64,000 nt of DNA from an uncultured Chloroflexia bacterium (GTDB lineage Bacteria; Chloroflexota; Limnocylindria; Limnocylindrales; CSP1-4), in the NCBI GenBank assembly GCA_963797685.1, contig CAWCQK010000004.1, forward strand, positions 2,444 through 66,443, read 5' to 3'. The translations under genes and the position numbers were made by a program. A model generated the notes under the pieces. The model saw nothing but the letters and a program-made list of their open reading frames with translations. It was not told the origin of the DNA and did no database searches. Shown piece by piece: positions 29,270 through 38,650 of this stretch (position 1 is its first letter; each line of letters opens with the position of its first letter).

Positions 29270-30583
29270 ATGATCATGCAGCCTGGCGACGGTTCCGCGG
29301 AGCTTCCCGGGCGGTTCGCGCCACTGCCCGATGAGTCGCTCGACGCCCTGGTCGACGTGCTCGACGAGATCCGGTTCGGGCGATCGCGGTCGCGAGCCGA
29401 GTTGGTGACCCGGACGGGACTCGGGCGGGCGATCGTCGCCCAGCGGGTCGGCGAACTCATCGAGCGCGGGCTCGTCAGCGAGGGCGATGTCGGACCAAGC
29501 ACCGGCGGGCGGCCGCCGCGGCAATTGACGTTCCGTGCCGACAACGGGTACCTGCTGGTCGCGGACCTGGGTGCCACCAGCATCGACGTCGCGGTCACCA
29601 CCCTCGACGGCCGGATCCTGGGCCATCACGACGAACCCGCCCTCATCGAGTCCGGGCCCGAGGTCGCCCTCGCACGCGTCGATGCCCTGTTCGATTCGCT
29701 CGTCCGGACGACGCAGGGACTGCCAGAGCGGCTGTGGGGGATCGGGATCGGCGTTCCGGGTCCCGTGGAGTTCGGGTCGGGCCGGCCGATCTCGCCGCCG
29801 ATCATGCCCGGCTGGGACGGCTACCCGATCCGCGAGCGGTTCGCGGGGCGCTACGGGGCGCCGGTCTGGGTCGACAACGACGTCAACGTCCTCGCGCTGG
29901 GGGAGTGGCGATCGGGCGTTGCCGCCGGTCATTCCAACGTGGTGGTGGTCAAGATCGGGACGGGCATCGGGGCCGGCATCATCTCGCACGGCCACCTCCA
30001 TCGCGGCGCGCAGGGGAGTGCCGGCGACGTCGGCCACATCCAGGTCACGGACGACCCGTCGGTCGTGTGCCGCTGCGGCAACATCGGCTGTCTCGAGGCG
30101 CTCGCCGGCGGCGCTGCGATCGGGCGGGCGGGCCAGGCGGCCGCCGAGGCCGGGCGCAGTCCCGGTCTCCGGACCGCGCTCGATCAACGCGGCGTCGTGA
30201 CCGCGGAGGACGTTGCGCGCGCCGCGTCATTCGGCGATCCCGTCGCCGTCGCGCTGCTCGGTGACGCAGGGCGGCGGGTGGGTTCGATGCTCGCCGGCAT
30301 CGTCAACTTCTTCAATCCCTCGCTCATCGTCATCGGCGGTGGCGTGGCGAACAGCCCGGATCAGCTGCTGGCCGCCATCCGGGAGACGATCTACCGGCGG
30401 TCGCTGCCGCTCGCGACGCGCGACCTGCTCGTCCAGCGCTCGTCGCTCGGAGGCCTGGCCGGGGTCATCGGCGCGTCGGCGATGGTCGGCGACCAGATCT
30501 TTGCGCGCGCATCGCTGGCACGCTGGATCGACGCCGGCGAGCCGTCGGGCGTCCCCGACATGGCGCTGCCGCGCGCGGGTTGA
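29270..30583 (+). CDS. ROK family transcriptional regulator
   Basis: N-terminal winged HTH SRAELVTRTGLGRAIVAQRVGELIERGLV plus ROK core with zinc motif GHIQVTDDPSVVCRCGNIGCLE. Confidence 0.88.
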   Translation: MIMQPGDGSAELPGRFAPLPDESLDALVDVLDEIRFGRSRSRAELVTRTGLGRAIVAQRVGELIERGLVSEGDVGPSTGGRPPRQLTFRADNGYLLVADLGATSIDVAVTTLDGRILGHHDEPALIESGPEVALARVDALFDSLVRTTQGLPERLWGIGIGVPGPVEFGSGRPISPPIMPGWDGYPIRERFAGRYGAPVWVDNDVNVLALGEWRSGVAAGHSNVVVVKIGTGIGAGIISHGHLHRGAQGSAGDVGHIQVTDDPSVVCRCGNIGCLEALAGGAAIGRAGQAAAEAGRSPGLRTALDQRGVVTAEDVARAASFGDPVAVALLGDAGRRVGSMLAGIVNFFNPSLIVIGGGVANSPDQLLAAIRETIYRRSLPLATRDLLVQRSSLGGLAGVIGASAMVGDQIFARASLARWIDAGEPSGVPDMALPRAG

Positions 30584-30606
30584 CCGGGGGCATCACCCGG
30601 GAGCGG

Positions 30607-31248
30607 CTACCTGACGACGCGGTACTTGAGGTGCGCGACGCCCGGTGCCTCGAGCACGCGAACCTGTTCGAGCGTGATGTCGCCGAGGTCGTCGAGCGGG
30701 CGCTCGCCGGCTCCAAGCACGATCGGGACCACGTGGAGCTCGAACTCGTCGACCAGGCCCGCGGCGAGGTACTGACGCAGGACGCTGGCGCCGCCACCGA
30801 TCGCGACGTCAAGGCCGCCAGCTGCGTCACGCGCCCTGTCGAGGGCAGATCGGATCCCGTCGGTCACGAAGGTGAACGTCGTGCCGCCAGCCATCTCCAG
30901 CGGCGCTCGAGGGTGATGGGTGACCACGAACACCGGCTTGTGGAAGGGCGGGTCGTCGCCCCACCATCCGTTCCACGGTCGGTCGTCACGCCATGGCCCC
31001 GGGCCGCCACCGAACATGTTCCTGCCCATCACGTGGGCGCCGATACCGGTGCTCGCCTCGTCGATCACCAGCGTGCTCGCGTTGACGACGCCACCCTCTT
31101 GGCCCATGCCCTGGCGCCACGCCTCGAGATCGAACATCCACTGGTGGAGGTCCATCCCACCGATGCCAAGAGGGTTGGCCTCGCTCTGCTCGGGTCCCGC
31201 CATGTACCCGTCGAGCGAGATCGCGATCTGGAACCTGACCTTGCTCAT
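30607..31248 (-). CDS. dihydrofolate reductase-like (RibD C-terminal domain) family protein
   Basis: GGAGGAG upstream of the start. IAISLDGYMAGP...HVMGRNMF...VFVVTHH...GGGASVLRQYLAAGLVDEFELHVVP matches the RibD_C/DHFR-like family. Confidence 0.85.
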   Translation of the reverse strand: MSKVRFQIAISLDGYMAGPEQSEANPLGIGGMDLHQWMFDLEAWRQGMGQEGGVVNASTLVIDEASTGIGAHVMGRNMFGGGPGPWRDDRPWNGWWGDDPPFHKPVFVVTHHPRAPLEMAGGTTFTFVTDGIRSALDRARDAAGGLDVAIGGGASVLRQYLAAGLVDEFELHVVPIVLGAGERPLDDLGDITLEQVRVLEAPGVAHLKYRVVR

Positions 31249-31260
31249 CGACTCCTCCCG

Positions 31261-32472
31261 CTAGTTCGCGACGATGCGGTCCATGAAGTCGCCCGATGCG
31301 GGGTCCTTGAGGATGAGCTTGTGGCGGCCGTCGGGCAGGACCTCACGCTTGATGACGACCTGGCCGTCGAACGTCTCGGGCTCCGACGCGATGCGGGCCG
31401 TCGCGCCGCCTCGCCAATCGAGCTCGACCGGCTCCCAAGCGTGCGCCTTCGCGGACCGATATGCGGCGTCCATGATCGCGTTCACCACGTACCCGTCGTA
31501 GAAGGTCTCGCGCGGGGCGCGGCCCTCGTCGATCGCCCGAAACATGTCGTTGAACATGTCCGTGTAGCCGAGCTCGGAGACCTCGTCGCCGACCGGGAAC
31601 AGCCAGCCCGACGAGCTCTCTGCCTTCTCTGCCACGTAGCCGCCGCCGGACCCGGGCGCCGAGAACATCTCGAACCCCGTGCGCAGGAAGTGGTTCAGCC
31701 AGATCGTGCCGTGCGTGCCCGCGACCTCGTCCCGCAGGTCCATCCCGCCGCGGAACGTCCAGCTCACCTCGAACTGTCCGATCGCCCCCGACTCGAACCG
31801 GATCAGCGCGACGGCGTTGTCCTCGTCGGCGATCGGGTGGACGAGCGTGTCGGTATGGCACAGCACCTCGACCGGCCGGTTCCCCTTGCCGACGAAGTTG
31901 CGGATGATCTCGATGCAGTGGCAGCCGAGGTCCACGATGGCGCCGCCGCCGGTCAGCCGGCCGTCCCAGAACCACGCCGAGTGCGGTCCCGGATGCGTCT
32001 CGCGCGAGCGCACCCAGGTGACGTCGCCGATCGCGCCACCCTCCACTGAGGCGATGGCCTTGAGCGTCTTGGGCGTGTAGCACAGGTCCTCGAGATAGCC
32101 GCCGAAGACGCCGGCCGCCTCGACCACCTCGAGCATCCGGCGCGCTTCCTCGGCGGTCCGGCCGAGCGGCTTGGTGCACAGGATCGCCTTGCCGGCCCGG
32201 GCGGCCAGCCCGACCGCCTCCTCGTGGAGGAAGTTGGGGACCCCGATGACCACGACGTCGGTGTCCGGATGCTCGATCGCGGCGGCCAGGTCGGTCGTCG
32301 CCTCGGCGATGCCCCAGCGGGTGCGGAACGCCTCGCCGCGCTCCGCCGTCCGCGAGTAGACGACCCGGACCTCGTCGCGGCCGCGCCGGCCCTGGAGCGT
32401 GTCGGTATAGAACTCGCCGATGAGCCCGGTCCCGAGCATGGTGATGGCGTGGCCGTTGGTCGATCGGTTCAT
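31261..32472 (-). CDS. Gfo/Idh/MocA family oxidoreductase
   Basis: [13 protein letters not shown] Rossmann motif, the EKP-equivalent CTKPL, and a C-terminal alpha/beta domain. ATGA overlap with the upstream gene. Confidence 0.88.
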   Translation of the reverse strand: MNRSTNGHAITMLGTGLIGEFYTDTLQGRRGRDEVRVVYSRTAERGEAFRTRWGIAEATTDLAAAIEHPDTDVVVIGVPNFLHEEAVGLAARAGKAILCTKPLGRTAEEARRMLEVVEAAGVFGGYLEDLCYTPKTLKAIASVEGGAIGDVTWVRSRETHPGPHSAWFWDGRLTGGGAIVDLGCHCIEIIRNFVGKGNRPVEVLCHTDTLVHPIADEDNAVALIRFESGAIGQFEVSWTFRGGMDLRDEVAGTHGTIWLNHFLRTGFEMFSAPGSGGGYVAEKAESSSGWLFPVGDEVSELGYTDMFNDMFRAIDEGRAPRETFYDGYVVNAIMDAAYRSAKAHAWEPVELDWRGGATARIASEPETFDGQVVIKREVLPDGRHKLILKDPASGDFMDRIVAN

Positions 32473-33518
32473 CGCATCTCCCTCCCGGTCCGTCCGAGCA
32501 CGAGGTCGCGTCCGTCGACCAGCGCCCGAAGCTTGGCGCGGGTCGCCGCGCGGGGTGTCTGGCTGAAGCCGCAATCGGGGACGAGCGTGAGGGCTTCGGC
32601 CGGAACGCCGGTGGCAAGGATCCGGTCGATCCGCTCTGCGACGTCGTCCGCCGTCTCGATGTAGGAGTTCTTGACGTCCACGACGCCGGCGCCGACCTGT
32701 CGTCCCGCGGCGGCGATCTCCCCCAGGATCTCGACCTCGGCCATCTCGCGATTCGCGAACTCGAGGACCAGCTCGTCTACGCGGAAGTCGAGCATCGCCT
32801 CCAGCACCGGCCGATAGGTCCGCCGGGCCAGGGGCCGGCCGAGGTAGTTCCCGAAGCACAGGTGTGCGCCGAGACGGGCCCGCCCGACGATCGGCTCGAC
32901 GGCGGCGTTGAACAGCGCCGAGAAGTCGGCGGGTGCCTCCGGATGGATCGCCGGCGACGGCTCGTCGATCTGGATGAAGTCCGCGCCCGCCGCGACGAGT
33001 CCCTCTAGTTCGGCGCGCAGGATCGGCACGAACGCCTCGGCCACGTCGTTGCGTCCGTCGTAGACCTCACCCGGTCCATAGGTCAACCGGCCCGACAGCG
33101 TGTACGGCCCGGGCAGCGTGACCTTCAATGGACGGGTCGCGCGGGTGACGGCATAGCGATATTCGGCGACGACGCCGAGTCCGTCGGGGGCTGCGATGGG
33201 CTCGACCACTCCGAACCGATGCTGCTGGTCGTGCGCGCCGGCCCCCAGCCGACGGTCCGGCGGCAGGGCGATGACGCCGGTCACGTGCCGGTAGAACTCG
33301 GCGGTGAAGAAGCCTGCCCGCCGCATCTCGCCGTCGGTGACGACGTCGACGCCGGCCTCCTCCTGGTCTCGGAGCGCGAGGTCGACCGCATCGTCGAGCA
33401 TCTCCTCGAGGTCCACCGGCCCGAACTCGCCCCGCTCCGCCGCCGCGATCCCCGACACGAACCAGGACGGCCGGGCGTGCGAGCCGACGACGCTGGTGCG
33501 GAGCGGTGCGTGATCCAT
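32469..33518 (-). CDS. cobalamin-independent methionine synthase (MetE C-terminal-like) family protein
   Basis: 349 aa. [35 protein letters not shown] and VPDCGF (zinc-ligand contexts) match the short MetE-like family. The substrate is unknown. Confidence 0.8.
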   Translation of the reverse strand: MDHAPLRTSVVGSHARPSWFVSGIAAAERGEFGPVDLEEMLDDAVDLALRDQEEAGVDVVTDGEMRRAGFFTAEFYRHVTGVIALPPDRRLGAGAHDQQHRFGVVEPIAAPDGLGVVAEYRYAVTRATRPLKVTLPGPYTLSGRLTYGPGEVYDGRNDVAEAFVPILRAELEGLVAAGADFIQIDEPSPAIHPEAPADFSALFNAAVEPIVGRARLGAHLCFGNYLGRPLARRTYRPVLEAMLDFRVDELVLEFANREMAEVEILGEIAAAGRQVGAGVVDVKNSYIETADDVAERIDRILATGVPAEALTLVPDCGFSQTPRAATRAKLRALVDGRDLVLGRTGREMR

Positions 33519-34476
33519 CAGGCGACCTCTGTGAACGCGAATGTGCGAGCCGGATTGTCCACGAACAAGCGGCGCCGGATCGCGGCGTCGATGCCGGCGC
33601 TTTCGAGTTCTGCCGTGAACCCGTCGAGCAGCCAGGTCAGCCCGGGCGATCCACCGTAGACGCGCAGGTACCCACGCCGCGCCGCGTCCATCCCGAGGAC
33701 GATCCGGTCGGCGAACCCGTCCTCGACCATCCACCCGATCAGCCCCGCGGTGGAGTTCGGCAGGTCGTCCAACGGTATGACTGGTCGTATTCGACGTTCG
33801 CCCCAGCCGACAGCATCGCGCGGTGGTAGCCGCGATCCACGACCTTGTCGACGTGGCTGAGGGTGACGTGCGAAGGGTCCACGCCGAGCTCCGCGAACAG
33901 CTCGATCTGCTCCACGCCGCCGGTGCCGGCCTCGCAGTGGGTGAGGATCGGGACGCCGGTCCGCGCGTGTGCGGCGGCGGCCGCCTCGAAGATCATCCGG
34001 TCGCGCTGGGAGGGTCCGTTCAAGCTGCCGGCGACCTTCAGCACGCCCGCCCGGTATGGCGTGCGTCGGACGATCGGCCCCGAATAGTCAAGCTCGTCGA
34101 TGCCGTCGGTGACATCGAGCACGAAAAGCTCGGCGAGATCGCCGACGCTGACCAGGTGGCTCCAATGCGCAGGACCGTAGAAGCGGTCGTGGTGGAGGCC
34201 GGTCGGGGCGACGATATGGACACCAGTCCGCCGCGAGAGCTCGGCAAGCTTCCCGGCATTGCGCCCCGCATCGCAGGGCATGGCGTCGACGATGGCCCCG
34301 AGTCCGAATCCGGCGGCCTCGGTCACCTCGACCGCCATCAGATCGATGTCGGCGAGGTCGAAGTCGGGCTCCATCAGGACCGGACGCCCGCCGTCGATGA
34401 CGACATGCTCATGGGAATACGTCACGCCCAGGTCGGCTGGGTCGATGTCGCCGAGGACGGTCCGGACGAAGGTCAC
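33518..34476 (-). pseudogene. phosphotriesterase-related (PTE/PHP lactonase) family protein, frameshift near 33768-33776
   Basis: GTG start overlapping the SDR stop. YSHEHV metal site, HIVAPTGLH and ILTHCE in ORF 33739..34476. The family C-terminus LIGWMVEDGFADRIVLGMDAARRGYLRVYGGSPGLTWLL continues in ORF 33518..33772. Confidence 0.82.
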
Positions 34477-35309
34477 GGACCGGGCTCGGGCAGGAAATCG
34501 GGCGACACCGACAGGACCGACCAGCCGCCGTCGATCTTGAGCAGCTGGCCGGTGACCACCCGGGATTCGTCCGACAGGAAGTAGACCGCGGCGTGGGCGA
34601 CCTCGACCGGGTCCATCATCTCGCCGGCGAGCGGTTGTTTGCGTCGCGCGTAGGCACGGATCCGCTGGTCGCCCGCGGCCCGGGTCGCCATCGGCGTGTC
34701 GGTCAGCGACGGGGCGACAGCGTTGACCCGGATCCCTCGGGTCGCATAGGTCGCGGCCATGGTCGTCATCAGCGCCGTCGTCGCACCCTTCGCCGCCGCG
34801 TAGGCGTGCGTGGCGAAGAACTCCGGCGCCGGGTCGCTGGCGGTCACGCTGCCCATCAGGAGGATCGAGCCTCGCGTCCCGGAGCCGTTCGGCTCCTGGG
34901 CCAGCATCTGCCGGACCACGGCGCGGCAGGTCAGCGCCTGGCTCCGGAGGTTCAGCTCGAGAGTGCGATCCCAGCCCTCGGCACTCAGCTCGTCGATCGG
35001 ACCATCACCGAAGCGCCGGCCGCTGCCGCCGGCCACGGCGAAGAGGCCATCGATCCGGCCGAACCGGGCGACCGCGGCAGCCACCGCAGCGTCGGCGTCG
35101 GCCTCGGCGGTGAGGTCGGCCGCGGCCCACGCCGCCAGCCCGCCGGCGGCGACCAGCTCATCGGCCAGCGATCGGGCATGGGCGGCCGTCCGCGACACGA
35201 CGAAGACCGAGGCGCCTTCCTCGGCCAGCCGGCGCGCGCCGGCGGCCGCCATCCCGGTCGATCCGGTGACGAGGCAGATCCGGTCACGCAGACGTCCGTT
35301 CGGTGACAT
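34473..35309 (-). CDS. SDR family oxidoreductase
   Basis: CLVTGSTGMAAAGA Rossmann motif, YAAAKGA active site, GQLLKIDGG C-terminus. Confidence 0.85.
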   Translation of the reverse strand: MSPNGRLRDRICLVTGSTGMAAAGARRLAEEGASVFVVSRTAAHARSLADELVAAGGLAAWAAADLTAEADADAAVAAAVARFGRIDGLFAVAGGSGRRFGDGPIDELSAEGWDRTLELNLRSQALTCRAVVRQMLAQEPNGSGTRGSILLMGSVTASDPAPEFFATHAYAAAKGATTALMTTMAATYATRGIRVNAVAPSLTDTPMATRAAGDQRIRAYARRKQPLAGEMMDPVEVAHAAVYFLSDESRVVTGQLLKIDGGWSVLSVSPDFLPEPGP

Positions 35310-35393
35310 GGCCGGATGCTACGCGTTTCACCTGTGCCGGCCACGGTCACGGGGCACGGTCCGTGCCCGCCAGAGAGGACCTCATCCACCCCA

Positions 35394-35422
35394 TTGACGA
35401 CCTGCCGACGCACGTCTATCCT
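35394..35422 (+). promoter_or_regulatory. candidate sigma-70-type promoter for rho (TTGACG-N17-TATCCT)
   Basis: Read directly, about 90 nt upstream of the rho ATG. No experimental support. Confidence 0.4.
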
Positions 35423-35514
35423 CAATCCATCCCGACCGGCAACCGCGCTGCGGCAGCGATTCCGCGCGCACCATCCGCCCGGTCCTCCCATCACCCGAAG
35501 GTGACCTTTCCCAT

Positions 35515-36918
35515 ATGCCCGGACCCGGCCCCGACCAGCGCGATCAGCGCGCACAACGCAACCGACGACCCCGACGCCGCGCCCCCATCGGTGGCGGCGG
35601 ACGCGCCCCCGTCACCGAATACGAGGAGCAGCAGGAGCTCGAGGCCGCCCGCGAGCGGAACGACCTCGAGGTCGCCGACCTCCGCGAGATGAGCGTCGCG
35701 GAGCTCCGCCAGGTCTCGCGCGATCTCGAGGTCGATGCGGCCAGCGGCGAGCGCAAGGACGTCCTCGTCGACCTCATCCTCCAGCGCCAGACCGAGCGCG
35801 CCGGCCACGATTACGCCACCGGCATCCTCGACATCGTCGACGAGGGTTTCGGCTTCCTGCGCCGCCACGGCCTGCTGCCCAGCCCCGATGACGTCTACGT
35901 CAGCTCGAGCCAGGTCCGCCGCTTCGGCCTGCGCATCGGCGACCGCGTGTCGGGCGCCGTCCGCGCGCCGCGCGAGGCCGAGAAGTACTGGGGCATGCTC
36001 CGGGTCGACTCGGTCAACGGCGTCGACACGGACACCGCCCGGGCACGTCCCGTCTTCGGTGACCTGACGCCGGTCCACCCGGACGTCCTGATCAACCTCG
36101 AGACCGACCCCAAGAACCTGAGCCAGCGGCTGATCAACCTGGTCAACCCGATCGGCAAGGGCCAGCGCGCCCTGATCGTCAGCCCGCCGAAGGCCGGCAA
36201 GACGATGCTCCTCAAGCAGATCGCCAACGGCGTCAGCGCCAACTACCCGGAGATCCTGCTCATGGTCGCGCTCATCGGCGAGCGACCGGAGGAGGTCACC
36301 GACATGCGCCGGAGCGTCAAGGGCGAGGTCATCTCCTCGACGTTCGACGAGCCGACCGAGAACCACACCCACGTCGCCGAGATGGCGCTCGAGATCGCCA
36401 AGCGCCAGGTCGAGACCGGCCGCGACGTCGTGATCCTGCTCGACTCGATCACCCGCCTCGCCCGCGCCTACAACCTCGCCCTCCCGCCGTCCGGCCGGAC
36501 ATTGTCGGGCGGCCTCGACCCGATCGCGCTCTATCCGCCGAAGCGGTTCTTCGGTGCCGCCCGGAACATCGAGGAGGGCGGGTCGCTGACGATCATCGGC
36601 ACCTGTCTCGTCGACACCGGCTCGCGGATGGACGACGTCATCTACGAGGAGTTCAAGGGCACCGGCAACTCGGAGCTCATCCTCGATCGCAAGCTCGCCG
36701 AGAAGCGGATCTTCCCGTCGATCGACGTCCAGCGCTCGGGCACCCGACGCGAGGAACTGCTCCTCGAGGAGGGCACCCTCAAGATGGTCTGGACGATGCG
36801 CCGGATGCTGTCCGCGGTCGGGGCCAATGAGGGGATCGAGATCCTTCTCAACCGGCTTGCGAAGACGCAATCGAACGCCGAGTTCCTGTCCACCCTGACG
36901 AAGAGCCTCGACGCCTGA
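35515..36918 (+). CDS. rho: transcription termination factor Rho
   Basis: RNA-binding segment GFGFLR, Walker [17 protein letters not shown], and C-terminal [16 protein letters not shown]. The N-terminal roughly 40 aa are Arg/Gly-rich and the exact start is uncertain. Confidence 0.95.
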   Translation: MPGPGPDQRDQRAQRNRRPRRRAPIGGGGRAPVTEYEEQQELEAARERNDLEVADLREMSVAELRQVSRDLEVDAASGERKDVLVDLILQRQTERAGHDYATGILDIVDEGFGFLRRHGLLPSPDDVYVSSSQVRRFGLRIGDRVSGAVRAPREAEKYWGMLRVDSVNGVDTDTARARPVFGDLTPVHPDVLINLETDPKNLSQRLINLVNPIGKGQRALIVSPPKAGKTMLLKQIANGVSANYPEILLMVALIGERPEEVTDMRRSVKGEVISSTFDEPTENHTHVAEMALEIAKRQVETGRDVVILLDSITRLARAYNLALPPSGRTLSGGLDPIALYPPKRFFGAARNIEEGGSLTIIGTCLVDTGSRMDDVIYEEFKGTGNSELILDRKLAEKRIFPSIDVQRSGTRREELLLEEGTLKMVWTMRRMLSAVGANEGIEILLNRLAKTQSNAEFLSTLTKSLDA

Positions 36919-36921
36919 CCT

Positions 36922-36937
36922 CCGGCCGGATGGCCGG
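36922..36937 (+). terminator. GC hairpin CCGGCC-ggat-GGCCGG 4 nt after the rho stop
   Basis: Read directly. There is no clear U-tract (followed by gttgcc), so terminator function is tentative. Confidence 0.3.
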
Positions 36938-37041
36938 GTTGCCTCGGCTGTAACGTCCGTGATACGGTTACCCGAGATGTCGTAAGCCCGCGAAGCGGGC
37001 GGCGGCCGCGTCAAGAGACCCCAGCTCAAAACCGCGACCCC

Positions 37042-37098
37042 AGGACGGTCCACGAGCCCCGACCCAAGCGCGAACCCCCCAAGCGCCCGGGCCGTCCT
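37042..37098 (+). promoter_or_regulatory. candidate structured 5' leader with C-rich loops upstream of the LysM-M23 gene
   Basis: AGGACGGUCC pairs with GGGCCGUCCU (one G-U pair). The enclosed region contains GCGC-GAACCCCCCAA-GCGC and AGCCCCGACCC. It ends 5 nt before AGGAGA, followed by TTG 37115. Confidence 0.25.
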
Positions 37099-37114
37099 CC
37101 GCCAGGAGACCGTA

Positions 37115-38596
37115 TTGCTGAACGCGTCGGTCGGTCTGCAGCGCGTCCTCGGACGCCTTCACCGACCACCGAGCCAACGAGCCTCGATCGCATCGGACGC
37201 CCCGACGCGGAGCCACGCCGTCCGCCGGCGGCTGCGCCACGGGATCGGCACGATCGTCGTCGCGTCGCACCTGCTGCCCGCCGGCCGTTGGACACCCACC
37301 GAGGCGCGGCCGGCTGCTGAGACCCCTGTTTCGAAGCCCGTCGTCACTCGAGGGCGAAAGCGCTCGCTCGTCGGCCGCGTCGGGCACGAGCGCGTCGTCG
37401 CCCTAGCGGTCGTCGGCATCCTCGTCGGGGCGACCACCGTCAGCCTGTCGGTCGGCCACCCGGCGGCCGCCGTCGATACCGGCAACACGGATGGCGCGGG
37501 CTCGGCGCCTCGGATCGCGGTCGGCGGCGACGTCGCCGAACCTGCCGGGCAGACAGATGACACCATGACGGCCAGCGCCGACACCTCGGGCACCGAGGGC
37601 AGCGTCGCGTTCGCCGACCCGGATCCCGTGATCACGACCACGGACGACCCAGCGTTGGGCCTCGCCAATGCGTCGATCGGTGACGTCGAGCCGACCAGCG
37701 ACACGCCGGCGGCGGGCGCCACCGTCGACGTCGAAGGCCCGTTCACCGAGGACGGCACGCTCGTCAAGCCGATCGCCGTCGACACCACGGTCCGTGACGG
37801 CAGCGGGCTGGTCACGAGCTACACGGTCAAGGGCAATGAGACGCTCGCCTCGATCGCGGCGCGAAACGACGTCTCGGTCATGTCGATCGTGTGGGCGAAC
37901 AACCTCAAGTCGAAGACGGACATCCGCCCGGGCAAGGTCCTGCGCATCCCGCCGGTGACCGGGCTCATCGTCAAGGTCAGCGCGAATGACACGCTTGACG
38001 CGATCGCTGCGCGATACAACGTGAATGGCACCGACATCATCGCCACCAACGGCCTCGACAGCGCGACGCTCATCAACGGCCAGGTGCTGGTGATCCCGGG
38101 CGCCGAAGGTGCGGCACTCCCCCTCCCGGTCCCCCCAGCCAAGCCCGGCAGGAACCCGGCTCACGTCGTCACGAGCGGCAACGGGACGAGCGTCAAGCCG
38201 CCCAGCTCGTACAAGGGCGGCAAGTTCCTGTGGCCGGTCGTCGGTGGCGGCAACTACATCAGCCAGTACTTCCACTACGGCCACTACGCGATCGACATCG
38301 CCGCCGATTTCGGCTCGACGGTTCGCGCGGCCGCGGCCGGCACGGTGACCTTCGCCGGCTGGAAGAACAACGGCGGCGGCTACCAGGTCTGGATCGCTCA
38401 CGGCTCCAACCTGTACACGACCTACAACCACATGTCGGCGATCACGGTCGGCGTCGGCCAGCACGTCGCGCGCGGCACCCAGGTCGGGCGGATCGGGATG
38501 ACCGGCGATGCGACCGGCCCGCACTGTCACTTCGAGGTCTGGATCGGTCCCGTCTGGAACGGTGGGACCCGGGTCAACCCGCTGGCGTACTTCTAG
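37115..38596 (+). CDS. LysM domain-containing M23 family metallopeptidase (membrane-anchored)
   Basis: AGGAGA 5 nt before TTG 37115. TM helix VVALAVVGILVGATTVSLSV. Two LysM repeats (YTVKGNETLASIAARNDV..., VKVSANDTLDAIAARYNV...). M23 motifs HYAIDIA, and HMS followed by GPHCHFEV. Confidence 0.88.
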   Translation: MLNASVGLQRVLGRLHRPPSQRASIASDAPTRSHAVRRRLRHGIGTIVVASHLLPAGRWTPTEARPAAETPVSKPVVTRGRKRSLVGRVGHERVVALAVVGILVGATTVSLSVGHPAAAVDTGNTDGAGSAPRIAVGGDVAEPAGQTDDTMTASADTSGTEGSVAFADPDPVITTTDDPALGLANASIGDVEPTSDTPAAGATVDVEGPFTEDGTLVKPIAVDTTVRDGSGLVTSYTVKGNETLASIAARNDVSVMSIVWANNLKSKTDIRPGKVLRIPPVTGLIVKVSANDTLDAIAARYNVNGTDIIATNGLDSATLINGQVLVIPGAEGAALPLPVPPAKPGRNPAHVVTSGNGTSVKPPSSYKGGKFLWPVVGGGNYISQYFHYGHYAIDIAADFGSTVRAAAAGTVTFAGWKNNGGGYQVWIAHGSNLYTTYNHMSAITVGVGQHVARGTQVGRIGMTGDATGPHCHFEVWIGPVWNGGTRVNPLAYF

Positions 38597-38650
38597 GCGT
38601 CGCGACGCCGCTCGGGCCACCGATCGAGGTGGCCCGCCGCCCGTGGGAGA

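Noticed and set aside
35491-37053. 520-aa minus-strand ORF overlapping rho
   Set aside because: Rho on the plus strand is certain. The antisense translation has no recognisable domain.
36940-37114. c-di-AMP (ydaO-yuaA) riboswitch upstream of the cell-wall hydrolase gene
   Set aside because: Only weak fragments resemble it (ACCCGA, CGUAAGC). The conserved GGGGA-CCCA and CAGCUAACCUCGUA elements are absent on the plus strand.
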